From an uncultured delta proteobacterium (lineage in GTDB: Bacteria; Myxococcota_A; Polyangia; Fen-1088): a stretch of DNA of 64,000 nucleotides. Shown here piece by piece: positions 11,579 to 20,207 of this stretch (position 1 is its first letter; each line of letters starts with the position of its first letter). Made by a program: the position numbers and the translations under genes. The notes beneath the pieces are model-generated. The model was not told where the DNA came from. It saw only the letters and a list, made by a program, of their open reading frames with translations, and did no database searches. Where the stretch lies: NCBI GenBank assembly GCA_963767925.1, contig CAVYGB010000002.1, positions 1,440,001 through 1,504,000 of the forward strand, written 5' to 3'.

Positions 11579-12232
11579 GTGCTGGCCGCCCTGCTCTCGT
11601 TTTCCGTGTCGACCTTGACGACCCTGTTCGTCGTCGTCGATCCCTTCGCGGCGGTCCCGCTGTTCCTCACCATGACCGCCGCCAATCCGCCCGAGCACAA
11701 GCGGCGCATCGCCGCCCGCACCGCGCTGGCCACCGGGGTGGTGCTGGCCGCCTTCGCCGCCCTCGGCAGCCTGGTCTTCCGGCTGCTCGGCATCTCCATG
11801 GGCGCCTTTCGCATCGCCGGCGGGGTGCTGCTGTTCCTGCTGGCGGTCGACATGTTGCGGGCCCAGCCCTCGCGCCAGCGCACCTCGCCCGAGGAGGAGG
11901 CCGAGGGGATCGAGCGGCCCGACCCGTCCATCTTCCCGCTCGCCATCCCCATGCTGGCCGGCCCCGGCGGCACCTCGACGGTGATGGTGCTCGTCTCGCG
12001 CGCCGATCGGATCTGGCAATACGCGGTGGTGGTGCTGGCCATCGCGCTCACCGCCTTCGCCTCGTACTGGATCTTGCGGGGCGCGCTGCAGGTGGAAAAG
12101 CGGCTGGGGCAGACCGGCATGAACGTGGTCCAGCGGGTGATGGGTCTCATCCTGGCCGCGACCGCGGTGCAGTTCGTCGTCGATGGGATCGCCACCGTGC
12201 TGCCGAGCATGCGCGAGGCGCCGCCCTCCTGA
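11579..12232 (+). CDS. MarC family membrane protein
   Basis: 'LFVVVDPF', 'FRIAGGVLLF', 'FPLAIPMLAGPG', 'RVMGLILAA'. Confidence 0.95.
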   Translation: MLAALLSFSVSTLTTLFVVVDPFAAVPLFLTMTAANPPEHKRRIAARTALATGVVLAAFAALGSLVFRLLGISMGAFRIAGGVLLFLLAVDMLRAQPSRQRTSPEEEAEGIERPDPSIFPLAIPMLAGPGGTSTVMVLVSRADRIWQYAVVVLAIALTAFASYWILRGALQVEKRLGQTGMNVVQRVMGLILAATAVQFVVDGIATVLPSMREAPPS

Positions 12233-12338
12233 GCGGCCGATCGCCGGGTCGATCGGCCGGCATGCGCGCACCGCTCGGGCCCCTTCGGTCCGGTTGCAGG
12301 TGGTTGGCTCGCGGGGGAAGGAGGCGCATGATGGGGAG

Positions 12339-12839
12339 ATGGCGGCCAAGGGGACTCCGCAACTGGTCATCCGCCGCGCCGAGACGCGAGACCTGCCGGT
12401 CCTCGGTCGGCTTGGCGAGCTGATGGTGACCGTCCATCACCGCTACGACTCCGCGCGCTTCATGGTGCCGGGCGACGACGTGGCCGAAGGTTATGCCTGG
12501 TTCCTCGGCACCGAGCTCGGGCAAGAGGAGGTGCTGGTCCTGGTGGCCGAGCTGGCCGGCACCGTGGTGGGCTACGTCTACGCCGGCCTCGAGCCCCAGT
12601 CCTGGAAGGAGCTGCGCGAGCCGGCCGGCTTCATCCACGACCTGGTCGTCGACGAGTCGGCCCGCCGCCGCGGCATCGCCAGCCAGCTCCTGGAGTCGGC
12701 GGCGGCCTGGCTGGAGGCCCACGGGGCGCCCCGGGTCATGTTGTGGACGGCCGAGAAGAACGACGAGGCCCAGCGGTTGTTCGAGCAGCTCGGCTTTCGC
12801 CGGACCATGATCGAGATGACCCGCGAACGCCAGTCCTGA
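12339..12839 (+). CDS. GNAT family N-acetyltransferase
   Basis: 'IHDLVVDESARRRGIA', 'NDEAQRLFEQLGF'. Confidence 0.9.
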   Translation: MAAKGTPQLVIRRAETRDLPVLGRLGELMVTVHHRYDSARFMVPGDDVAEGYAWFLGTELGQEEVLVLVAELAGTVVGYVYAGLEPQSWKELREPAGFIHDLVVDESARRRGIASQLLESAAAWLEAHGAPRVMLWTAEKNDEAQRLFEQLGFRRTMIEMTRERQS

Positions 12840-12876
12840 GGGCGGCGCGGTCCCACCGCCAACCTGAAGGACCAAA

Positions 12877-13671
12877 ATGCCTCCCGCTCCGGTTTCCCGC
12901 GACGAACTAGTTCGCCAGCTCCACGCGCTGGGGGTCAGGCCCCGCGCCGTGCTCCTCGTGCACACCGCCTTTTCCCGGCTGCGCCCCATCGAGGACGGCC
13001 CGGCCGGCCTGATCGCCGCCCTGCAGACGGCGGTGGGGCCGCAGGGGACCATCGTCATGCCGAGCATGCCCGACGACGACGACCACCCGTTCGATCCCCG
13101 GGCGACGCCCTGCAAGGGCATGGGCGTCGTCGCCGACACGTTCTGGCGGCTGCCCGGCGTCCTGCGCAGCGACAGCCCGCACGCCTTCGCCGCGCGCGGC
13201 CCCGCCGCCGAGGCCATCACCACCCCCCACCCGGTCGAGCTGCCCCACGGTCCGGACAGCCCCGTGGGTCGGGTCTACGACGTCGACGGCCAGGTGCTGC
13301 TGCTCGGCGTGGACCACGACAGCGACACGACCGTGCACCTGGGCGAGTTCCTGGCCTGCGTGCGCTACCGGGCCGCCAAATACGCCATGGTCTGGCGCGA
13401 GGGCCGGGCCCTGCGGGTCGACTACGACGAGATCGACCACTGCTGCGACAACTTCCGCATGGTCAACGGCTGGCTCGACGAGAACAGCGCCCAGCGCCGC
13501 GGCCCGATCGCCCACGGCGAGGGCCGCCTGGCCCGCGCCCGCTCCATCGTGACGGCGGTGACCACCCAGCTCCGGCGCGACGAGACCCGCTTTTTGCACC
13601 CCTTCGGCGTCGACGCAGAGTGCGACGCCGCCCGCCGCAGCCTGGGCCAGCAACCCCCCCCGCCACCCTGA
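12877..13671 (+). CDS. aac(3): Aminoglycoside 3-N-acetyltransferase, AAC(3)-IV-like (Antibiotic_NAT family)
   Basis: Collinear with AAC(3)-IVa as I recall it: 'VLLVH..F..RPIEDGP.GLI', '[11 protein letters not shown]', '[16 protein letters not shown]', 'RVDY.E.DHCC', 'FLHP...ECDAAR'. Confidence 0.9.
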   Translation: MPPAPVSRDELVRQLHALGVRPRAVLLVHTAFSRLRPIEDGPAGLIAALQTAVGPQGTIVMPSMPDDDDHPFDPRATPCKGMGVVADTFWRLPGVLRSDSPHAFAARGPAAEAITTPHPVELPHGPDSPVGRVYDVDGQVLLLGVDHDSDTTVHLGEFLACVRYRAAKYAMVWREGRALRVDYDEIDHCCDNFRMVNGWLDENSAQRRGPIAHGEGRLARARSIVTAVTTQLRRDETRFLHPFGVDAECDAARRSLGQQPPPPP

Positions 13672-13811
13672 GCCGCGCGGGCCGATGTTCCCGGGCCCAG
13701 CGTCGAGGCCCGTAGCCACTCCGGCGCACGACGCCATCGCTGGTCCCCCGCGTCCCGGGGCGCTGGATTGAGCTAGGTTGGTCGGCGAGGCGTCTCCTGA
13801 CCCGCCCCCCG

Positions 13812-14471
13812 ATGAAACCGAGCCCCCTCCCCGTCGACCGCGCGCCGGTGCGGGACGGACCCCAGCCCGATGGGCGGCCCGAGCACGAGCTGCGTCTGGC
13901 CCGGGCTCTGCTGCGCGGCGAGCGGGCGGCGGGGGCGGCGCTGTGGGATCACTTCTCGCCGCTGGTGCGGGGGCTGCTCGGGCGGGCCTTCGGCCCCGAG
14001 GAGGGGACCGAAGATGCCCTGCAGGAGGTCTTCCTGCGTGTCTTCCACAAGGGCAAGACCTTGCGCGACCCGGCCTGCCTGCGCAGCTTCGTGGTGGCGG
14101 TGACGGTGCACTTCATCCGCTCGGAGCTGCGCAAGCGGCGGCTGCGGCGGGCGATCATGCGGCCGCTCGGCCGGCGGTCCGCGCCGATCGAGACGACCGC
14201 GCCGGTGGCGGGGCCGCGGCTGGCGGTGGCGGCGCTGTACCGCGCGCTCGACGATTTGCCGGTCGACGAGCGGATCGCCTTCACCCTGCGCTTCTTCGAG
14301 GGCGCCAGCCTGGAGGACGCGGCGGTCTTGTCGGGCATGTCGCTGGCCACCTTCAAGCGCCGGCTGGCCGCCGCCAAGCACACCCTGTGGGCGCGGGCGC
14401 TGGCCGATCCCTGGCTGTCGGCCTACGTCGATCCGGCCATCGGCCTGGCACCGCAGGAGGGCGAGGCGTGA
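13812..14471 (+). CDS. ECF-type RNA polymerase sigma factor
   Basis: Region 2 'EDALQEVFLRVF'; region 4 'LPVDERIAFTLRFFEGASLEDAA...SLATFKRRL'. Confidence 0.92.
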   Translation: MKPSPLPVDRAPVRDGPQPDGRPEHELRLARALLRGERAAGAALWDHFSPLVRGLLGRAFGPEEGTEDALQEVFLRVFHKGKTLRDPACLRSFVVAVTVHFIRSELRKRRLRRAIMRPLGRRSAPIETTAPVAGPRLAVAALYRALDDLPVDERIAFTLRFFEGASLEDAAVLSGMSLATFKRRLAAAKHTLWARALADPWLSAYVDPAIGLAPQEGEA

Positions 14472-15634
14472 CCCGGGCCGACCGCGCCTTCGAGCCGATC
14501 GCGCGCCTGGCCCGCGCCGCCGCCAGCGTGCCGGTCGACGAGCCGGCGGTGCGGGACGCGCGCAGCCGCTTCCTGCATCGCCTGAACGGGCAGGGGGCGC
14601 GAGGCTTCTCGCTCGGGCTGGCGCTGGCCGCGGTGGGCGGCATCGCCGGGGTGCTGATGGCGCTGCGCACGCCCGAGCCGTCGCGGCCGCCGCTGACCGC
14701 GGGCGCCGACCTGCCGGTGCTCCAGGGCGGGACGCTGGTGCGCTTCCGCGACGGGTCCGAGCTGGAGCTGGAGCCGGACGGGCGCGGGCGGCTGGCCGAG
14801 GTGGCGCCGGCCGGCGCGCGCGTGTTGCTGGAGGACGGGGCCCTGCGGGTCAAGGTCACGCCCCGGCCCGACGCCCGCTGGACCATCGAGGCGGGCCCCT
14901 TCCGGGTCAAGGTCAAGGGCACGACCTTCCGCGTGCGCTGGGACGAGCTGGGCGGGCGCTTCGATCTGGAGATGGTCGAGGGCGCGGTGGTGGTGACCGG
15001 TCCCCGCACCGAGCGCCGCCTGCGCGCGGGGCAGCGCATGTCGGCGGCCCGCGACGGCCGCCTGGTCGAGCTGACGCCTGGCCCGCCGGCCGAGCCGCCG
15101 CCACCACCACCAGGCCGTCCGCCTGCGCCAATCCGACCGACGGCGCCCCGGGCGATCGAGCCACCCGGCTGGTCGCAGCTCCTGCGCGACGGCGCGCTCG
15201 ACACCCTCATCGCGAGCGCCGAGGCCGAGGGCCTGGCCCGGGCGCTCAACACCCGGGGGGTCGACGATCTGGCGGCGCTGGCCACGGCGGCGCGGCTGAG
15301 CGATCGGTTCGCGCTGGCCCGGCGGGTCTTCCGCGCGCAGCGGGTGCGCTTCCCGGCCAGCGAGGCCGCCGGGGAGGCCGCCTTCCATCTCGGCCGGCTG
15401 GCCGACGACGTCGACCGCGACCCGGCCGCCGCGGTGGCCTGGTACGATCGCTACCTCGACGAGTCGCCGAGCGGCACCTTCGCCGCCGAGGCCCTCGCCC
15501 GCAAGCTGACCGCCCTGGCCGGGCAGAGCGACCCCGCCAGCCAGGAGGCAGCGCGCGCCACCGCCCGGGCTTACCTCGCGCGCTTCCCCGAAGGCCCCGC
15601 CCGCGACCAGGCCCGCCGCCTCCTCGCCCCATGA
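14468..15634 (+). CDS. FecR-domain anti-sigma factor with a C-terminal TPR
   Basis: GTGA overlap with the sigma stop; TM; FecR 'AGPFRVKVKGTTFRV'; TPR 'AVAWYDRYLDESPSGTFAAEAL'. Confidence 0.88.
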   Translation: MTRADRAFEPIARLARAAASVPVDEPAVRDARSRFLHRLNGQGARGFSLGLALAAVGGIAGVLMALRTPEPSRPPLTAGADLPVLQGGTLVRFRDGSELELEPDGRGRLAEVAPAGARVLLEDGALRVKVTPRPDARWTIEAGPFRVKVKGTTFRVRWDELGGRFDLEMVEGAVVVTGPRTERRLRAGQRMSAARDGRLVELTPGPPAEPPPPPPGRPPAPIRPTAPRAIEPPGWSQLLRDGALDTLIASAEAEGLARALNTRGVDDLAALATAARLSDRFALARRVFRAQRVRFPASEAAGEAAFHLGRLADDVDRDPAAAVAWYDRYLDESPSGTFAAEALARKLTALAGQSDPASQEAARATARAYLARFPEGPARDQARRLLAP

Positions 15635-16938
15635 TCCCCCCTTCTACGCGGACGCCCCGGCGCCCTCCGAGCCCGCTCTCCGCCCCGGCCCACCAAACGG
15701 GCTGTCCGGAGCCCCCTCACCCCTCCCTCTCCCCGCTTCGCGGGGCGAGGGCGAACGGGCAGCGGGGAGCGAAAATCCCGCCCAAATCCGTCACATGTGC
15801 CCGCTCGGAGGATGAGCAGGGCACCAAGACGATCGTTCGCCCTCGCCCCGCGGCAGCGGGGAGAGGGAGGGGTGAGGGGTCCTCCGGCGTTCCGCGGTTC
15901 AAACCGTTCGGCGCTCTTGCAGTCCTTCCCGTCGTGCTCGCGGGCGCGCTGGCCCCCGCGGGTGTCCGGGCGCAGGTCGCGGGGCCGGCCCGGGCGGCAA
16001 GCTTGCCGCCGCTGCGGGTGGACCTGCTGGCGCCGACGGTGGCCGCGGCCGAGCCGGGGCTGGCGCTGCTACGGGCGGAGCTGTCGGCGGGCGGGTTTTC
16101 CGTCGAGGAGCGGCCGGCGCCAGGGCCGCCGACCCCGGGCTGGCTCGATGGTCTGCGCGAGGCGGGCGCCTTCGCCACCGTGGTCCCCGATCCCGAAGGG
16201 GCGCGCGCGGCGGCGCTGGTGCTTGTGTACGGATCGGGCGCGACCGACTCGCGCCGGCACGCGATCGATCTCGGCGACCTGGCCCCGCTGTCCGAGGCGG
16301 AGGCTCTGCGCCGCCTGACCGCCCTGGCGGTGCGCGTCTCCGAGGTCCTGCAGGCTCACGCCCGCGAGCACGCCAGCGCCCCACCTCCTGCCGCCCCCAC
16401 CGCTGTCCCCGCGCCACCCCCGCCGGGCGATGTGCGCCTGCAGGCAGGTTTGACCGCAGGCGGTGCCGTGACGGGGGTCGGCAGCGCGGTCGGACCCTCG
16501 CTGGCGCTGTCGGGACACGACCGGCAGCGGCGCCTGCTGCGCCTGTCGCTGGTCGGGCCGAGCCTCGCCCGCGCCGTGCGCGCGCCGGCCGGCGCGCTGC
16601 GGGTGTGGGGCAGCCAGGCCCTGCTCGAGCTCGGCTACGAGCCCACCGCGGCCGGGCGGGTCGCGGCGGTGATCGCCGCCGGCGCCGGCGTCCAGCACGT
16701 GCTGGCCAGCCCGCTGCCCGGCCCGGTCTTCCCCCGCCGCCTCGAGAACGCGGTCGCCCCCCTGGTCGGCCTCAGCGTCGGCCTGGCCCTGCGCCTGTCG
16801 GCGGGGCTCTCGGCAGTCGGCAGCCTGCGGATCCAGGGCCTGGTCACCCGCCCCGGCGTCTGGATCGACGGCGTCCGGGTGGCCCGCGCCCCCCGCCTGC
16901 TCAACCTCGCCAGCGTGGGCCTGCAGCTCAATCTGTGA
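15631..16938 (+). CDS. Hypothetical exported protein with a C-terminal beta-barrel-like region
   Basis: ATGA coupling to the FecR gene; signal-like segment 'GALAVLPVVLAGALAPAGVRA|Q' after about 90 codons that contain a REP doublet; start uncertain. Confidence 0.65.
   Translation: MIPPSTRTPRRPPSPLSAPAHQTGCPEPPHPSLSPLRGARANGQRGAKIPPKSVTCARSEDEQGTKTIVRPRPAAAGRGRGEGSSGVPRFKPFGALAVLPVVLAGALAPAGVRAQVAGPARAASLPPLRVDLLAPTVAAAEPGLALLRAELSAGGFSVEERPAPGPPTPGWLDGLREAGAFATVVPDPEGARAAALVLVYGSGATDSRRHAIDLGDLAPLSEAEALRRLTALAVRVSEVLQAHAREHASAPPPAAPTAVPAPPPPGDVRLQAGLTAGGAVTGVGSAVGPSLALSGHDRQRRLLRLSLVGPSLARAVRAPAGALRVWGSQALLELGYEPTAAGRVAAVIAAGAGVQHVLASPLPGPVFPRRLENAVAPLVGLSVGLALRLSAGLSAVGSLRIQGLVTRPGVWIDGVRVARAPRLLNLASVGLQLNL
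15706..15887. repeat. Inverted doublet of REP-like palindromes (REPIN/BIME-like)
   Basis: 15713-15757 and 15834-15879 are near-perfect reverse complements that differ only in the hairpin loop; CCGGAG/CTCCGG outer flanks. Confidence 0.9.
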
Positions 16939-16995
16939 GCCCGAGCGGGGCTCGGAAGACAGCCGCGCGGAAGACGGCGGCTCGGAACCCGCGGC

Positions 16996-18057
16996 TCAGA
17001 AGGCGAGCTCTGCCCCCACCCGGGTGTCCACCAGCGCCGCCCAGCGAGGCAGCCCGGTCAGCAGCCGCGTCTCCGCGATCAGGGCGGCATGGGGGAACAG
17101 GTGCAGCAGCAGCCCCGCGCCCGGTCCGGCGACCAGGGGCCCCGCCCGCACGCTGTCGTTGCGCCGCAACCCCTGCTCGGGCAGGGGCGGCACCACCAGG
17201 TGAAAGCCGTGGCCCGCGCCGAGGAACCCCGAAGCGACGAACTGCAGGCGCCCATCGCCGGCGTAATAGCTGCCCCGGGCCAGCGTGGTGAAGCTCCGGC
17301 GCGCGGGCGAGCCGGTCTGGGCGTCGCCGATGCCGCTGCCCCGGATCTCCTGCCAGTAGAGCTGCACCCCCACCGCGAAGCGGTGCGAGATCTGGTAGCC
17401 CACCTCGGGCGTGAGCAACATCTGTCCGGCCGGGCCGGTGTTGCCCTGGATGCGCAGGTCGCGCCGGAAGTCGAGGCGGCTCTCCGGGTAGACGCCGTAG
17501 CCGTAGCCGGCGCCGAACCCGAGGAAGAACGTGCCCGGCCCGCGTTGCACCGCGCGCGCCTCGGCCAGCCGTTCGGCGTCGCGCGCGGCCCGGGCCTCGG
17601 CCAGCGGGTCGTCGTCGCGGATCCGCGAGGAGCCGCCGCCGCCCATCGGCCGCAGGCCGGCGAGCTGCCGCGAGTAGCCCGCCACCGCCAGCAGGTGCGG
17701 GTTCTCGACGTCGCCGCTGCTGCCGACCACCTTGTCCTCGGCGTCGCGCGCCTCGAAGTAGAAGTGGAAGGTCCCCCGGGTCAACGTGTCCGGGCAGAGC
17801 GAGACCCGGAACATCCCCCGCCCGGTGCGCAGCGCGGGCGTGGGCGAGAAGGCCTCGTGGCCGGGCGCGCGGTGAAACAGCACCACCGCCACCGCCCCGA
17901 GGTCGGGGGTCGCGTTGCAGTTCATCTGCAGCGGCTGGCCCGATTCGGCCTGCGCGGGGGTCTCGCACTCGAACCCGGCGGGGCCGCCGGGCGGCGGCGG
18001 CGAGAGCTGGGCGAGGTGAAGCAGACTCGAAACCAGGATCGAGATGGTCGGCAGCAT
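16996..18057 (-). CDS. Exported protein: N-terminal Ig-like domain and C-terminal beta-barrel-like domain
   Basis: ATG 18057; 'VVLFHRAPG ... FHFYFEARD ... SGDVENPHLL'; amphipathic strands; ends 'VGAELAF'. Confidence 0.7.
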   Translation of the reverse strand: MLPTISILVSSLLHLAQLSPPPPGGPAGFECETPAQAESGQPLQMNCNATPDLGAVAVVLFHRAPGHEAFSPTPALRTGRGMFRVSLCPDTLTRGTFHFYFEARDAEDKVVGSSGDVENPHLLAVAGYSRQLAGLRPMGGGGSSRIRDDDPLAEARAARDAERLAEARAVQRGPGTFFLGFGAGYGYGVYPESRLDFRRDLRIQGNTGPAGQMLLTPEVGYQISHRFAVGVQLYWQEIRGSGIGDAQTGSPARRSFTTLARGSYYAGDGRLQFVASGFLGAGHGFHLVVPPLPEQGLRRNDSVRAGPLVAGPGAGLLLHLFPHAALIAETRLLTGLPRWAALVDTRVGAELAF

Positions 18058-18371
18058 GGTCAAAACCCGTGCAAGCGAAGCGATGCAATCACGCCCGAGG
18101 GGAGGCAGGCGAGGCGCCAGGGCCCGGCAACGCCCTCGCATCTTACCCGGACTGCCCCGTAGTGGGCGGCCGATCTGACCCCCAGCCGCGCCACGCCAAC
18201 CGCCCCGCGGTCGACTTTGAGCCTGTTCCTTCGAGCCCCCTCTTTCGACCGCGCGCGTCTGCCCTGCCCGCTCCGAAGAGGCATCCGAACACCCGCGCGC
18301 ATGTGTGTGTGGAACCAGGCCCCACGCGCGCTCGCCGCGCGCGCTCGGTCCGAACCCTGATCTCTGCCATT

Positions 18372-18399
18372 CCAAGGTGTCGCGCCGGACGGCCGACGA
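18372..18399 (+). promoter_or_regulatory. Possible sigma28-type promoter for the kinase operon
   Basis: CCAAG-N15-GCCGACGA, about 95 nt upstream of ATG 18494. Confidence 0.35.
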
Positions 18400-18493
18400 G
18401 AGAACCCCTTTATTTCAAGCCCTGGGTCGGCCAAGATGACCTCCTGAGCGGAACGTACGGGCGGGTCCGTGCCCGCCCGGAGAGTTGCCTGGG

Positions 18494-20200
18494 ATGAACA
18501 CCTTGGACCCACCGCCCGCGGTCGCCGCGCCGGCCGAGCACGCCAGTGTCGTCACGGTCGTGTCGCGTTGCAAGGGCCGCCTCGAGGTCCTCGCCGCGCT
18601 GGCCGCGCGCACGGCCCAGGCCAGGACGGTGGGCGAGGCGCTGGAGGCTTACGCCAGCGCCCTGGACGAAGCCAGGTCGGAGGTGCCCTTCAGTCTCGTG
18701 TATCTGTTCGACTCCGGGGGCACCTGGGCCCGGCTGGCCGCATCGACCGGGTTCGACGTCTCCCTGCCGCCTGCCCTCACGATCCTCGAGTGCGATGACC
18801 CCACTTCGATCTGGCCCTTGCGCCAGGCCATGCTGGCCATGAGCGCGGAGCTCGCCGTGGCCCTTCCGCCGGGACCGTGGCCCGAGTCGTCGCCGGAGGC
18901 GCTGGTGATGGCGCTGCGGGGGGGCGACGACGAGACCTGCTTCGGCTTCCTGGTGATCGGAGAAGCGCTTCCGTTCGCGCCGGACGACGGGTACCGGACG
19001 TTCCTGCGCCTGGTCTGCCAGCAGCTCACGGCGACGCTCGCGGGCGCCGCCCAGCGGGTCAAGCTGGAGGGGGCGGCCCGGGCGGCGGAGACCGCCGCCC
19101 GGGTCAAGGACGAGTTCCTGGCGATCCTCGGGCACGAGCTGCGCAACCCGCTCGCCCCCATCATGACCGCGCTGCAGATCACCCGCATGCGCGGCAGCGA
19201 GACCCGCGAGCTGGTGGTCATCGACCGGCAGGTCCGCCATCTCGTGCGCCTCGTCGACGACCTGCTGGATCTCTCGCGCATCACCGGGGGCAAGGTCGCC
19301 CTGCGAAAACAGCGCTTCGAGCTGTCGGCCGTCGTCGCCCGGGGCATGGAGATGGTGAGCCCGCTCCTCGATCAGAAGAAGCAGCGGCTCGACCTGCAGG
19401 TCAGCTTCGAAGGGCTGACCATCGAGGGCGACGCCGACCGCCTGGCCCAGGTGGTCTCGAACCTCATGACCAACGCCGCCAAGTACAGCGACGACGGGAC
19501 CACGATCCACGTCACCGCCGAGCGGGCCGACGACCGCGCCCGGCTCAGCGTGCGGGACGAAGGGGTCGGCATCCCCGGGCACATGCTCGACGCGATCTTC
19601 GACAGCTTCGTCCAGCAGTCGCAGCCCCTCGACCGGTCCAAGGGCGGCCTGGGGCTGGGGCTGACCATCGTGCGCAGCCTGGTGGAGCTCCACGACGGCA
19701 CCGTCGCCGCCTTCAGCGAGGGGCCGGGCACGGGCAGCGAGTTCGTGGTCGAGCTGCCGCTGGCCCAGGCCCCCGAGGAGCTCGACGGCCAGCGATCGCC
19801 GGCCTGGCCGGCGGTCCGCCACACCTGCAAAAATCCGAGCCGGAACCGCGTGCTGATCGTGGACGACAACCGCGACGCCGCCGACTCGGTGGGCGAGATC
19901 CTCGGCGAGCTGGGGTACGAGGTGGCCGTGGCCTACGATGGGCCGTCGGCCCTCACCCTGGCCCAGAACTTCAAGCCGCACATCTGCGTGCTCGACATCG
20001 GCCTGCCCGTGATGGACGGCTACGAGCTGGCGCAACGCCTGCGCCAGTCGGCCGAACTGCCCCAGCCGCTGCACCTGATCGCGCTCACCGGGTACGGCCA
20101 GGACAGCGATCGACGCCGGTCGCGAGAAGCCGGCTTCGACGCCCACCTGGTCAAACCGGTGCAGATCGACGAGCTCGCCCGGATGGTCACCACGAACTGA
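18494..20200 (+). CDS. Hybrid sensor histidine kinase (GAF-like, HisKA, HATPase, REC)
   Basis: 'KDEFLAILGHELRNPLAPI', 'NLMTNAAKYS', 'GGLGLGL', REC 'LIVDDN ... LDIGLPVMDG ... HLVKP'. Confidence 0.95.
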   Translation: MNTLDPPPAVAAPAEHASVVTVVSRCKGRLEVLAALAARTAQARTVGEALEAYASALDEARSEVPFSLVYLFDSGGTWARLAASTGFDVSLPPALTILECDDPTSIWPLRQAMLAMSAELAVALPPGPWPESSPEALVMALRGGDDETCFGFLVIGEALPFAPDDGYRTFLRLVCQQLTATLAGAAQRVKLEGAARAAETAARVKDEFLAILGHELRNPLAPIMTALQITRMRGSETRELVVIDRQVRHLVRLVDDLLDLSRITGGKVALRKQRFELSAVVARGMEMVSPLLDQKKQRLDLQVSFEGLTIEGDADRLAQVVSNLMTNAAKYSDDGTTIHVTAERADDRARLSVRDEGVGIPGHMLDAIFDSFVQQSQPLDRSKGGLGLGLTIVRSLVELHDGTVAAFSEGPGTGSEFVVELPLAQAPEELDGQRSPAWPAVRHTCKNPSRNRVLIVDDNRDAADSVGEILGELGYEVAVAYDGPSALTLAQNFKPHICVLDIGLPVMDGYELAQRLRQSAELPQPLHLIALTGYGQDSDRRRSREAGFDAHLVKPVQIDELARMVTTN

Positions 20201-20207
20201 GGAAAAC

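Noticed and set aside
16949..17000. Degenerate 15-bp repeats between convergent genes
   Set aside because: Too short and degenerate to interpret.
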